From: Callorhinchus milii
Taxonomy: Eukaryota
Direction: 5' to 3'
Assembly: GCF_018977255.1 (NCBI RefSeq)
Contig: NW_024704743.1
Span: forward strand, 7,442,001 to 7,506,000
DNA: 64,000 nucleotides
Shown: one piece after another, positions 37,276 to 51,394 of the stretch
Numbering within the stretch: the first letter of the stretch is position 1
Layout of the letters: each line of letters begins with the position of its first letter
The notes under the pieces: generated by a model
Seen by the model: the letters and a program-made list of their open reading frames with translations, nothing else
Database searches by the model: none
What the model was told of the DNA's origin: nothing
Made by a program: the position numbers and the translations under genes

Positions 37276-39967
37276 ACACATAGGGAGTGACTTGCCTAGA
37301 CTGTGGGGTCAAAGATCAATTGACACCAATCTAGCAATAATATCTTCAGCAGGAGATATACTGGATTTACAATTCCTGTGACTAGTTAACTAAACATTAT
37401 TTCTCAAAGCTGACAGTGATTATATTACCAATGAATTCAATACCCTTCTGCAAAGGTCACAATGAACTCTTTTGATCTGTCAGCTTACCTAATAAACCTG
37501 GAACACCCTTCAATTGCCGTTACCTCTGTTTAAAACTGTATTAATAAGAAGATTAATTTCTTCAAATCTGCTCCGCTCCACTGCAGCGTTATATATAGCG
37601 GTGTCAGCCCGGCTATTTTGGAAGCACTCTTGCCTCTGAGTCAGAAGGTTGTGGGTTCAACTCCCATGTTACAGCATAGGCTGACCCTCTAATGTGTTGC
37701 TGGGGGAAGCGTTTTGCTGTGAGAGATGCAGTCCTTTGGATCAAACGTTAAACTGCCTGCTGAGGTGGACTTTTTGTTTGTATGTTTGTGCTTCGCCCCC
37801 GCTTCCCCAGGTCGCTCCTGAAGACTTTCCTTTTCGACTGTGCCTAAAGTCACGTCCCTTGTCGTCCCCCCCCGGCTCAGTTTCGTGCTGTCGAGCGCTC
37901 TGGGACGCTACCCTGCGTGAGGGGAGACATACAAATGCAAGTTGTTAAAAATCTCATAGCGTTATTCAAAAAGTGAGGGGAATTTAATATTCCCAAGTCT
38001 TCTTCCAGCCACAACAGCACAGGAATCATTGTGTCCCGTGGAGCAATAGTTCTCTCAGTCTCAAGCTTCCACTTAGCATTACAATGCACGGAACTGAATT
38101 AACACACAAGGCTGACATCGTCAGACCTCTGAAGCTCCTTCAGATGGTGACTCTCTTCGCTATCGCTTCAGTGCCTTTGCAATGTCATGGTCAGTAACTC
38201 CTCTGCATTCATCATTTGTGTAAAACAAACTCACAAAAAAGGATGTAAAAGTTAATGAAAGCTCTTTGTAACAGTTTGACTTGTAAACTGGAACAATAAT
38301 GGTGACTCCTTCTTCAAAGAGTCTTTGTTGCAGAGAACAGATGTGCATCATTTGGTCACACTGACATATGGTGCCTTTTTGCTGTGAGTTGTGCCACGTG
38401 TTTAGCAAACTGTGCCAATCGCTTCAGTAGATATTCTACCCTGCAATAAAACATTCACAGTGAACAATACACCTCCATGCGTTGACAGTGAAAGTTTATT
38501 GTACAGCTACTGTATTTTCTGTGCATTGGCAACAAGAGTTTTTTTTGGTCTGACACATGCAGAAACTCATCATCATGCTTAAGAATATCCAAACCAGACT
38601 GAGGAATCCACATATAATAGTATAATAATAATCCTTGCAATTGATCACTATAATGCACACGCCTAATAATAATCCCTTCAAAACAAAACAATAATAAATT
38701 GGTCATTTTCAATCCACGACTGTTTGTGGGACATTGCTGTGCACAATTGGCTGCTGCATTTTGCACACAAATATACGGTCAGTTCACTTCACAGTATATT
38801 CTGTGTAGCGCTTTGAGACATCGAGAAGATGTGAAAAGTGCTATATCAAATGCAAGGATTATTATATTATAATCTCACTGTCGAGTTATCTCAACGCATT
38901 TCACAGGATTTAGAGTAATGTGTGTCTGTTTATTTTGTGGTAGAATGCAGCAACCAATTTGCACATAGCTGTGTCCCACAAACAGCCATGGAGTGAGTGA
39001 CCAATTTGATGTATATGCCACCTTCCAAGGAAATTTCCATGCATCTGGAATGGCACACTCTCTCCCTAGAGGGAAGCACCCTACCTGTCTAATTCCAGAT
39101 AATAGGTGCTTGTGGGTAAGAGCCAAGGCTTGGGGATCCACAATGTGCATTGGGATATTGCTTAAGTTTAAACAGCTCAAAACATAGATTGTCATCATAT
39201 GATAGATGAATGTTCTGTGTAATGAACATGATGCACGGCACTATATTGTCACATACTTAAATAAATATGAACTCACCGAGAATTTTCTCCGAAGTTAGCT
39301 GACGTGAGTAAGTAAACAGTGGGTGCGATGTGGTGTCAGCCTGGCTCAGTTGGTAGCACTCTTGCCTCTGATTCAGAAGGTTGTGGGTTCATGCTGTTTG
39401 TAAAACATTGCTGTATGCAAACTGGCTGTCTCGTTTTGCCTACAAATAAAGTAACTGCACTTCACCATGATTCTGTGAAGCACTTTGAGACATTCTCCCG
39501 ATGTGAAAGATGCTATGTTAAATGCATGGATTATTGTTATTAGTGTAGGTGGCTGAGTCCCAGATCCCCCTCCTGTGAGTGTCTAGTGTTCAGCTTCGTC
39601 TAATTAGCAGAAATTGTTTGGTGATAATTCCCTGACTCTCAGTGCAGGGCACAGCTGCACCCTTGAGATCACTGTTTTCACTTGCAGTAAAGTGTTAATG
39701 TTCCTGTCCTTTCCTCTCCCGTTCCCTTGAATCTCGGATTGAATGGCTGGCCAAGGCCGAAGTGATTAGCTGAATGCTAATGTGGGTAATCTCTTTGATC
39801 TCAGTATACTCCCTTCATGAACCATGTAACTGTCATTTAAGGCATCTGAGGCTGTGATGGGCTCTAATTAGACGCTTTTGCACACATACTGCACTCAGGA
39901 GGAAAGAGAAAGCAGAGTCGATGCAAACCTAGGCATCTGCGTGGATTTAGTATTATTGATTCGCAGT

Positions 39968-40290
39968 CAAGGCTGGCACTTCAATGTCAGAGGTGACGTC
40001 CTTCGGATGAGACATTCAACCAAGGTCCTGTCTGCTTGTGTTTGGTGAACGTTAAAGATCCCATGGCACTATTTGATAAGAGATGGAAGATTCTTCTAGT
40101 ATCATGGCCAACAACTCCCCAGATAAATTTGGTCATTCACTTCATGGCTTTTTGTGGGATATTGCTGTGTGCAAATTGGCTGACACATTCACGTATAAAA
40201 TACAGTCACTACGCTTCCCAGTAAATCTGTGAAGCAATTTGAGTCAGCTGCTCGACATGAGACACTACAACAAATTCAAGCATTAATATT
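39968..40290 (+). mobile_element. Deu-domain SINE
   Basis: gtccttcggatgagac...gttaaagatcccatggcactatttga...tail. Confidence 0.75.
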
Positions 40291-40399
40291 ATTCTGTCTT
40301 CATCTGAATTCACGAAAAAACAAATTAGTGATCAGTCTTTGGTGTTTGTAGGGTGTTTTTCCCACATTTCATAGTAACTCAGTGACTCCAATATAATGT

Positions 40400-40727
40400 G
40401 CTTTGTCTCCTCTCTTCTCACAACAGTGCCCGTTGCCTTCGTTGCTCCAGGTCTGGCCTCCTCCTTGTCCCCCGAATCCTCCGCTCCACCCTCGGCGGCC
40501 GTGCCTTCAGCCACTACCTCCCAAGGCTCTGGAACTGCCTTCCTCACTCCCTTAGCTTTGTGCCCTCTCTTCCTATTTTCAGGTCTCGGCTGAAGACCTT
40601 TCTTTTCGACCGCACCTTTGGTCACCTTCCTCCTCCTCTCCCTGGCTCGGCCCCGGGGTCCGTTACTGTGAACCGCTCTGAGATGCCTTCTGGGTGAAGA
40701 GCGCTATATAAATCCAAGTTGTTGTTA
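40400..40727 (+). mobile_element. L2 LINE 3' fragment
   Basis: STLGGRAFSHYLPRLWNCLP...FRSRLKTFLF; (TTG)n tail. Confidence 0.88.
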
Positions 40728-43700
40728 CAGGGTAGACCCTATATTAAAGCGTAGTTACACTGTGGACTTGCGCTAAACCAAAATGTGAGAGGCTTCAGGC
40801 CATCAGTGCTGGTGGCCAGCTTCCTGCATCTGCACAGCTACGATGATCTGGAAGTGAAGACATCCTGCAACCATTCGTTTCATATAACAGGAGGTCTGAG
40901 TTTATGGACTAAAAGCACTTTTTTAACGGGCTTTGCTGTGCACAAATAGCCTGATGCATTCACCTACAACATATTTTACGTGCAACGAGTTAAACATTTG
41001 AAAATGCTGATGCACTATATAAATGCAGGGTGTGGTTCATTATTTATTTGAATCTCTGGTTGGCTGATTTTGAACTTAATCTAGGCTGCTGGGATAAATA
41101 CCCTCTCTCTATACTTAAAAGGATCCCAATTGAAATGATTGGAACAGTGAACACATTTCCTATCTTGGCAACAGTATTAAACTTCCAACAATTTGTCAAA
41201 TTAACACTTGTCCTTACCAGCTTGATAAAGAGAGGCAATAAAGACTTGTGAATGTCACACCCACGCCTTTCTTCCTACTCTTCTGTCATTTGTGATCACT
41301 GCACACTGCTGAGTCAGTGTACAGCAAGCTTTGCACTGCATCTAATAATAATTACCACATTTGATATAGCACTTTATAATGTAAAAATATCTTGAAATAC
41401 GTTGTGGCATTTTTCTGTAAATTGTGGTGACTCTAGGTAGACAACCAATTTGGCAACCAATGTGCATGGGGAGATGTTGCACAAACAGCCATAAGGGGAG
41501 ATGTTGCACAAACAGCCATAAAGTGAGAATGATAAATTATTTTTGATCTGGGGCATTGTAAAAATGTTCATGTCCCAAGTCGGGGCTTGGAAAGCATATA
41601 ACCTCTGCTGACCATCCAAATGCAGTCTTGGGGTGTGCATTTTTGGAGGTGTCGTCCTTCGGATAAGATGTTAAACTGAGTCTATTTGTTGACCTGTTCA
41701 GATGGACATTAAAGATACCATGACACTATTTGAAAAGAGAAGCGAATTTATCCTGGTGTTCAGGCCAACAATTCCTATAAAATTAAAATACACTATCTTA
41801 CCAATTTACAGTGTATCCTGTAATCCACCTTGATCTTTTGACAATGATTATTTGCTGTATCAAATGCACAAATTATTATATTTATCATCAGAAACTGAAA
41901 ACTGAGAGGTGTCACATTATATCAGCTATGATATTTATCATATTGCAATTATATAATTATCTCCGGTGATAATTATCAGATAACATGCTGCATAATTATC
42001 ACATTATATACCGCATACTTAGCAACAATGATAATCAGCACATCATACTTATCACTGGTGATAATTAGTGTATCATGTTATGTGCATCTTTTTCTTTTTC
42101 CCCATTAAAATGTTAGTTATAATAGTTCAAGTTCATCAACTTAAAATTGTACATATAATTCTGTATTCATACCACTTGTGAAAACATATTGATAACATTA
42201 AAGCAGGGATGATAAATTTTTAATTTCTGTGCAATTAAATATTCAGTTACAATGACCTATTTGAATCTACGTTGCCTATCAGTAAATTACAAACGAGTTT
42301 AATGAATATGCCTCCTTGGTGCTCTGGTGATGATAGGAAACAATAATTCATTCAATAGTAGCTGGAAGAAGAAATGTCACAATGAATAATTTACTACAAC
42401 ACTGCAGCTTTGCATTATGTATCAGGCTTATGAAGACTGAGATCATGATGAATTGTGATAACTAAGAAGGCTAAAGACAATGGCAAGAGGCTGCTTAATA
42501 GTGGTATGTTTCTCATGGCAATATCTTCTTTAAATTTATTTTTGTTTCGTCAAAAAAAATAGTCAATTCACTCTACAGTATATTCTTTGCAGTGATTTGA
42601 GATGTCTCAACGACGTGATAAGATGCTATATCAAATGCAAGGCCTATTATTTGTAAAGCGCAAGATTATTTAACCTGGGAGTTGGGACTCAGGATAAAAA
42701 AAAGCTGCTGTTTGCAAAGACAAACGAGTTTTGGTGAAAAACAAATCTCAGCACAGTTTAATGGTTAAAGGCATTGCCTGTTCTAACCCGATACAGACCA
42801 CAACCACTGTTAAGCTGGTTTCCACAACATAAGGGAGCTGCCCAAAACTCAACAAAAGGGAGGTCCCAAAGCGCTTCACAGAATATACTGTAAAGTCGAG
42901 TGACCATGGGTTTCGTGGGCAGATATGGCAGCAAATTTGTGCACAGCAGTGCCTACAAACAGCCATGGAGTAAGTGACCAATTTTATTTGGGGCAATTAA
43001 TTGTTAGAGGGACAGATCAGAGCCTGCTGAGCAGAGAGATCAGAGCCTGCTGAGCAGAGAGAGCAGACAGGCTGGCTTCTTGCTGCTAGAAAAAGCCTCT
43101 CAAAGTTTAAGCTGCTTCTCCAAACTCAGAGCCAAGGCGGAAATACTTAAATGCGATCTCAATTTAAAAGTTGGTCCATTTTAAGAATCTAAACATTCTT
43201 AAATTTAAATTTTAAGTTTTAATTTTAATGTCATATGGACTTACAGGCAAAGATAGTTGGATTTCCCGGCCTGAAACACCCTGTGTCACTGGTGTAAGTG
43301 TTCTGAAATTCTAGAAAGACACCTGGCAATAGCTGTTACATTTACTGGGGTTGTTTACTGCAGAGCCACTGGATTCTTTCTTTTTAGGTTCGTCTTGAAG
43401 GTAGTTTTGGCAGCTTCAAAGCTGCTCGCTATCCAAAATTCAATCTGCCTAGCATTGAATTACACAGAGTGATAAGGCACTGTGAGTTCTTAGAAAGAAC
43501 TAGCTTACAAATTAAAACTGAATGGAAGAATTCTGCATTATCTTAAATTTTAAGACAAAATGGTCTCACAGCAAAAGCGGTAGAAATTCCACCTGGATCT
43601 AAATTTACTTTATTAACAAAAACATTTCAGAGTGTCCAGAATGTGGTAAGTTCTTAAATGCAGTCTTAAATCTGAAGCTGTTTTACTGCAAGTTCTTTCG

Positions 43701-45892
43701 AAGAGTACAGAAATATGGTTTCAGAATTATGACTGAATTCAAGAACTTGCCAAATTCTGTGATCTCTGAGATGTTGATAGAGAAAATCTAGACCTAGTTG
43801 GGACTTTACGCCCCAAAACGAGGAGGTATTTGAGGCCTCTCGTTTTCTGTGTCAAGAACACTTTTGTTTAATTTTGTTTAGTATCACTTGTTCAATCATA
43901 GCTTCTTCACTTGCACTTTTGGGGGCTGCCTGTTTGCAGCTTTGATCTTACAAAAATACAGAGAGTATAAAAAAATCCAGTCACTACTCTTTACAGAAAA
44001 TCCGGAGAAGCGCTTTGAGGCTTCCTACCTCCGTGAAAGGTGCTGTGTCAAACGCAAGGATTATTCTCATCTTTGAATTTTCCATCAGGATAAGGTGCAG
44101 TAATAAGGGCAGTCGATTGTACGTGGGATTGTGATGAAAAAAGGCAGCTGATTCAAATTTTGTTACACAAATAGACTTTTGCGCAGATAGACTTTTTGCA
44201 TCATATTCTTCCTCCACTGTTTGCCACAGTGCATTAATCATGCAGGTCTCCATGTTGGAGAGCACACAGTAATAATCATGCAGTGCAAATGCATCATTTA
44301 CTTTAAATCCCGTTCTCCCCCCTCCCCTATCGTACCTTTATTCTTCAAGTGTTTGTCCAATTCCCTTTTAAATGACATAATAGACTTGGAACTCAGTAGC
44401 CACTTGTGGCAACGTGTTCCACATCTTAATAATCTTTTGTGTACAAAAATATTCTGACTGGCCTTACCCCTTGTACACTGTGTAAAGGCAGTTAGGCACT
44501 GATGCCCAATGACATCCCGACGTGAAAGCACAGAGGTAACACATTTGGAATTGCTTTATTAATATTCATTGTGTAGCAAGGTCTCATGCTGGCAAACGAG
44601 AAAAAGCAGTTTGGGTTATCAATGCACTGAAAAGCAGAGATCAGAAGATACAAGTCCTAATGCTGGAAACATGAAAACAGAAGATATTAGACATGCACGG
44701 AATGTCCTCGTTCAGGCTTTGAAAGCAAAAATAGGTAAACAATTCTGATTCAGCAAAGCCCTTTAAGTGCTTTACTTTTGTGTAGTTCTATGTTCTGTGG
44801 TGTGTTGTTTTTTTCATTTCAAATACCGTGCACCTCCAGTTTGTTTTGCACTATGAAGAGCAATGTAAACTTTCTGTGATCTGGCACAGAGTGAGAGTGG
44901 AGGGGGGAAGGAACACATATTTAAACCTTTTGTGACCACTGAAGTTTAGGTCAAATCCTCTCTTACAGTTTAACTCTGCTCTTGAGACGTCTTTTTGAGT
45001 TTCCGTGCACTCTTTGGGGAGCACTCATTACCTTACCTTAGAAGACCTTGGTGAAAAAGCAATTTAACCTGCGGACGGTTAAATAAAACAACCGTTTCTG
45101 AAGTTAAGATGACTTCTGTATCAAGCCTAACAAAATCAAGAGTTGCGTCAGTATCTTACAGGTAAATCGTGATATATATGTGAACAGTGCTAATTGTTAG
45201 TAACACATTGTTGAAAAAGCAGCTAGTTGGTGTGTTATCCGTTGATTATGTTAACTATAGACAGTTCAATGCATTCTGCAAGCGAGAAATCCAAGTCTGA
45301 CTGGTTTCTGGAGGTAACTATTGTAAACTGATGGGGGAAGGGTCTGCTTCTAACACACTTATGAACCAATCAAGAATTAACCCACTAATTGTCTCTTTTC
45401 TCAATGATTTGTTAATTAACACTATAACTGTTAATTAACACTTCGCATATTGCAGTTTTGGTCCCAATATTTCTAAGCTTTTAAACATTACACCCCATGT
45501 CCAGTAATGGCAAAAAACAAACAGCCAAACAAAATGATAGCTTGCTATTGAGAGCGATAAGTATGATCCTCCATGTTCATGGGATAGAGGGACGAGCTGT
45601 GGCAACCAGATAAGCTAGAGTGTTCAACCTTCACAGGAGACATTTCAGAAGGGGCTAATAGGTATGTCCCTTAAGATGTCTGGTAGGATTGAGAAAGTTA
45701 ACCCAGAACAATACTTTTGGATGAGCCAAGCCAGCTAAGTAAGAATACATAGGTTCAAGGATGTGAAGGACAATTTTAGGACAAACACCAGGAACAACAG
45801 CTGGAATGGGATATCAGAAAGGGTGGTAGAAATCCAGGACAGTGGATTTATTTAACTACTGTAACAGTTTGGTGGTTATTCCGGAAGAATTT

Positions 45893-46980
45893 GTTAAAGG
45901 CAAAGCATGTCTAACAAATTTGATAAGAGTTTTTTGATGAAATAACAGAGAATGGATGAAGGTAGTGCAATTGATGTAGTTTATATGGATTTTCAAAAGG
46001 AGTTCATAAAGTGCCACATAAGAGACTTGTAAGCAAAATAGAAGCCCGAGGTATTAAAGGGCAGTGGTAGCGTGGATATAGAAGTACAATATCCAAGTTT
46101 GCAGATGATACTAAGCTAGGAAAAGTAGTAAACTGAGGAGGATAGTCGCAGACTGCAAATGGATATGGACAGACTGGTAAAGTGGGCAGACACGCGGCAG
46201 ATGATATTTAATGTGGAGAAATGCAAAGTGATGCATTTTGGGAGGAAGAATGAGGAGAGGCCATATACGCTGATGGTACAATCTTAAAGGGGTGAAGGCA
46301 CAGAGAGACCTGAGGGTTCATATCAGTAAATCTTTGAAGGTGGCAGGACAGGCAGATAAAGCTGTTAAAATGGCATACGGGATACTAGACTTTATAAATA
46401 GGGGCATAGAATACAAAAATTGGGAAGTTATGATGAACCTTTATAAAACACTGGAGACTTTGTTCAGTTCTGGGCCCCACACTTTAGGAAGGATGTCAAG
46501 GCATTGGAGAGGGTGCAAAGCAGATTTACCGGGATGGTACCAGGAATGAGGAACTTCAGTTATCAGGAGAGGCGAGAGAAGCTGGGATTATTCCCCTTGG
46601 AGCACAGAAGGTTAAGCGGAGACTTAATAGAAGTTTTCAAAATTATGAGGGGATTTAATAAGGTGAACAAGGAGAAACTATTGGGTGGGTCGGTAACCCG
46701 AGGACATTGATTTAAAATCATTGTTAAAAGAAACAGAGGGGAGGCGAGAAGAAATTTTTTCACACAGCGAGTTGTTCGGATCTGGACTGCATTGCCTGAA
46801 AGAGCGGTGGAAGCCGATTCGATAACAACTTTCAAGAGAGAAGTAGATAATTATTTGGGGAGGAACAAGTTTGCAGGGCTATGGGGAGAGCACGGGGGAT
46901 TGAATTGGATAGCACATTTCAAAGAGCCGGCATAGACATGATGGGCCGAATGGCCTCCTTCTGTGCTGTATAATTCTATA
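45893..46980 (+). mobile_element. Degraded CR1 LINE (RT C-half and 3' tail) with internal deletion
   Basis: KGKACLTNL, DVVYMDFQK, SKFADDTKL, ERVQSRFT..., DLIEVFKIM remnants in mixed frames; 3' gatgggccgaatggcctcc...ttctat. Confidence 0.9.
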
Positions 46981-47016
46981 CTGATCAAGTGTACTAAAGG
47001 TCTTTTTCACGGAATA

Positions 47017-47360
47017 TCTCAGTGGTTAGAGCATTCGCTTTGCAAGCAATAGAGCTGGGTTCGATTCCCGGTAGGGCGAAACGTTGGGCAAGTTTCCTTT
47101 CTCTACAAGACTCTGTTTACCGAGCAGTAAGTAGGAACCTGGTTGTTAGTCGATTGGCAGATAGCATTTCTGGGGGTAATAATTCCTTCAAATAATAATA
47201 ATAAATTAGTCACGCAATCCATGATTGTTGTGAGACACTGTTGTGTGCAATTGGTTGCAGAGTTTCGCCCACAAAATATACAGTCCATTCACATCACAGC
47301 ATATTATGTGAAGCGCTTTGAGACATCTTGAAGACGTGATAAAACACTATATCAAACGCA
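47017..47360 (+). mobile_element. tRNA-derived SINE, 3' end abutting a reverse L2 tail
   Basis: ctcagtggttagagc...ggttcgattcccgg head, family body. Confidence 0.82.
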
Positions 47361-48526
47361 ACAACAAGATGACATTTGTATAGCGCCTTTCACGTCGGGA
47401 GGACGTCCCAATTTAATGCAATTATCATTAATTATTAAGAAAAAATAAATAATAATTAATTATTAATAAATGCAAGGATTATTATTATTACCTCCAGGGA
47501 TCTTGAAAACGAATGCCGGCATTTCAAATAGGAAAAGGTTAAAATGCATTTGTGGAAACTAATGTTTGCTGAAACAAACAGTATTGCCAAGATATGGAAT
47601 GGACATTTTATTAAAAAAAAGTGCCTTATCTGCACCCTACAATATTGCAAAATTCTCTCATGAAACAGATTATCCTGTCATGATTTGGGAGTTGGGCTGC
47701 AGAGAAAGATTAATATTATTATCTTGAGTCTGGAGACTGATGTCTGTGCTTTGGGTTGTTGTGATTAGCCAGTGGTGACGAATGATACCAGCAGGTTGAG
47801 GAGGTCAGTGTTTTATTAAACAGTAATGCAGGCAGAGCCTCAGTCACAGAACACATGGAAGCCAAGCCCTTACATATCACTGTGGCTCTCTTGCTCCCTT
47901 GCACCAGTTTCATTTCATTTTATCTTTCCCTCCAATTTTCCTTTCCCATTTTCCCCCTTTTCTAGGCCTCTCTTCATGCCATGCAGAGAGCTCTCCCCCT
48001 GAAGGATTCTGTGAGAATCAACAATGTTGGTTAACACTGAAGTCAGGGTGCTGGGGGGTAGGGGTGTCTACACTGGGCTTGTTGTCAATATACATGTTGT
48101 CAATTATAACTAAGTAATGTAAAGATCTCTATCTTGAGAGATCAGTGCTTGATATGGCTTTTCGTTCCAGTAATAACATTGACTGGCTATTCTGTTTCTT
48201 CCATCCCTGGAAATTTACAGCAAAGATCACCTTCGTGTCTGTGCTTTTAAAGACCAATCCTTCCAATCTCATTTACCTGTCTTTTGCTCATATGCCTGCA
48301 GTTTATTCCTCTTTAGATATCTATCTTGGTCCCTTTTGAAAGCTAATATGGATTCTGCCTCAGCCATCACTCCTGGGCTTGGCATTCCACATCCTAAAAA
48401 TGTTTCCCCTAATCTTCCCATTTCCTTGTTTGCTAACTATCTTAAATTGATGCCCTCTAGTCACTGACTCACCGACCAGTTACCAACTCCTGATACCAAC
48501 TAGCATCACCAATCACATTCTCTGTC

Positions 48527-49030
48527 AACAACAACTTGGATTTATATAGTGCCCTCCACGCCGGACGGCGTCTCAGAGCGCTTTACAGTAACGGATCCCG
48601 GGGCCGAGCCAGGGGGAGGGGGAGGAAGGTGACCAGATTTTAGATGTTGTCGAGAGCCAAAGTCTTCCGTCTTGTCAACATTCAACTGAAGGAAATTTGC
48701 GCTCATCCAGCCCCTGAAACCTGACAGGCAGGCTGACAGAACATCAGGGGACTGGGGGTCGCAAAGAGAGGTGGAAAAATAGAGTTCGGTGTCACCCGCA
48801 TACATGTGGAAATGACATCCCCAAGAGGGAGCATGTAGATCAGAAAGAGGAGGGGGCCAAGGATGGATCCTTGGGGTACCCCGCAGGTAACCGGGTGAGA
48901 GCAGGAGGAGAAGTCGTTTGTGCAGATGTATGCTGGTGGTTTGTGAGGTACGACTCGAACCAGGCGAGTGCGGTCCTACTGAGGTGGATGATGGAGGAAA
49001 GGCGTTGGAGGAGGATGGCGTGATCGACTA
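48527..49030 (-). mobile_element. Internally deleted L2 LINE
   Basis: (CAA)n tail; [39 protein letters not shown] motifs on minus strand. Confidence 0.85.
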
Positions 49031-49596
49031 TCGAAACAAATTGTATTTGAAGCCAATCCAGAAGAGGACAGTGAAATCCAATACATTGCATGATTCGCTT
49101 CTGGTGAATATCTTTGTGGATGGGAGGAAGAGAGTAATAATAATGATGATACTACTAATAATAACTCTTGCATTTGATATAGCACCTTATCATGTTGTCG
49201 AGAAGTCTCAAAGCGCTTCACTGGATACACTGTAAAGTGAATTGACTGTATATTTTATGGGCAAAATATGTCAAATACACCAGAGAGCAGTTGATATTTT
49301 AACACGTCAACTGGTTGTTTTTTCCAACCGTGTTTATATATTATAATAATAATAATCCTTGCATTTGATATAGCGCTTTTCACGTCATCTCGACGTCTCA
49401 AAGTGCTTCACAGAATAGACTGTAAAGTGAATTGACTATTTGTGGGCGAAACGCAGCAGCCAATTAGCACCATCAATCATAGGCTTCGCAATGTTTATCC
49501 TTTAGAACTGCGTACTAGCTATTGAAGCTGTGAATAAATAGAAAGGATGAATATCAGCTTCCCAGAAGTATTGCAGCTGTACCAGTGGGTAGTTGT

Positions 49597-50019
49597 GTGT
49601 CAGCCTGACTACATTGCTAAGAGTCACCTCTGAGTCAGGAGGTTGTGGAATCAAGTCCTATTTTAGGACTTTGAACTCATATAATGTATTCTAAGGTGAT
49701 ACTCCAATGCGTTGTTAGTGGGATGTTCTATTGTTGGAGGAGGAGATGTTAAACTAAGGCCTTATCTTCCTGTTCAGGGGACGTTAAAGATCCCATGGTA
49801 CTATTCAAAAAGAGAAGAGAGTTTTTCCCGGGCAACGATCCCACAAATAAAATTGATCATTTACTTCATAACTCTTTGTGGGCCATTGCTGTGTGTAAAT
49901 CTGCTGCCATGTCCGTCTACAAAACACAGTCACTGCACTTTACAGTATATTTGTGAAGCACTTTCGGACATTCCCCCTGACATGAAAGGCACAATGCCAA
50001 ATGTAAGGATTATTATTAG
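49597..50019 (+). mobile_element. Full-length Deu-domain SINE
   Basis: gtgtcagcc head through Deu region to aaggattattatt tail. Confidence 0.8.
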
Positions 50020-50350
50020 TATTACTCCAATGTAATATGACCAATGAATGACCAATTTTATCAGGGAGATTGTTGGCCAGGATATTGGGATAAACTCCCT
50101 TCACATTTCTAACAGTGCCATTGGATCTTTAACAGTAATAAGCAGACAGGACCATGGTTTAAAATCTCTTAATGCTTCTGCATTAAAATAGACAATAATA
50201 TTTACTTTGAATAAGTGCTCTGGGCTGTCCTGATGAGGGGTGCTATATAAATGCGAAAATAGTTGTTGAAAATACTGAAAATTGATCTAATTACAATGGG
50301 GTCTTAGTAGTGAGATTATATATAATAATAATTATGTTTACATACTATAA

Positions 50351-51365
50351 CAACACAACTTGGATTTATATAATGCTCCTAATTCAGAGCAGCCTCCTAG
50401 AGCGCCGGGAGGGTGGGATTGATGGAGGCACGGTCGAATAGGAAGGTGTTCAGGCGGGACCTGAAGTTGGGGAACGAAGGGGCAAGGCGGAGGGATAGAG
50501 GAAGAATGTTTCAGAGTTTCGGGGCATAGTGGCTGAAAGCACGGCCACCAATGGTGGAATGGAGGGCACGAGGAACATGCAGAAGGCTGGAGCTAGTCTA
50601 GCAGAGGCAGTGGGTTGGGGGTTAAGCAGGTCAGAGAGTTAGGGAGGTGCCAGGGCATGAAGGGATTTGAAAATGTGTATGAGGATCTTGAAATTGATCT
50701 GGTTGGCAATAGGAAGCCAGTGGAGCCTGACTAGAACTGGTATGATGGGGGTATGGAGTTTAGTGTGGGTGGGTATGCGGGGAGCTGAGTTTTGGATCAG
50801 CTGGATCCTGTGTATGGTGGTGCTGGAGAGACTGGCAAAGAGGGCATTTGAGAAATCAAGTCAAGAGGTGACGAATATATGGATGAATGTTTCAGCTGCG
50901 TCTGGGATAAGGTACGGTCAGAGGTGGGCAATGTGGCGGAGGTGGAGGAAGGCAGTCTTGATCAGGGATCGGATGTGGGGAAGGAAGAACAGCTGTGGGT
51001 TGAACCTGACGCCTAGATTCGGTAAGTTTGAAGGATAGATTGAGGAGGTCAGAGCTACAGGATAGAAGATGTTGATGGGAGCCAATGAGTATGGCTTCTG
51101 TTTTGTCAACATTGAGTTGTAGGAAGTTTTTGCTCATCCAGCCCCTGATGTCCGTCAGACAAGTAGAGAGAACATCGGTGGACATGGAGTCCCAACTGGA
51201 GGAGGAGAAGTAGATTTGCGTGTCATCCGCGGACATGTGAAGTTTACCCCATGTCTGCGGATGACATCGCCAAGAATTGAGCATATAGATAAGGAAGAGG
51301 AGAGGGCCAAGGATGGAGCCATGGGGTATACCTCCTGCGTGGGCAGAAGGAGAAGCCGTTTGAGG
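50351..51365 (-). mobile_element. Degraded 5'-truncated L2 LINE
   Basis: SADDTQIYFS, WMSKNFLQLNVDKTEAILIGS, NLGVRFNPQL motifs; tail caacttggatttata. Confidence 0.88.
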
Positions 51366-51394
51366 AGATAAAGTGAAGGCAGTTTATACTATAA

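Noticed and set aside
43374..43406. Possible 13-nt microexon (tttttag|GTTCGTCTTGAAG|gtagtt)
   Set aside because: Weak donor, inside a repeat-like region, no other support
50229..50260. CTGATGA...CGAAA hammerhead-like core
   Set aside because: No convincing flanking stems; it is a decayed L2/SINE tail (gtgaagggtgctatataaatgc)
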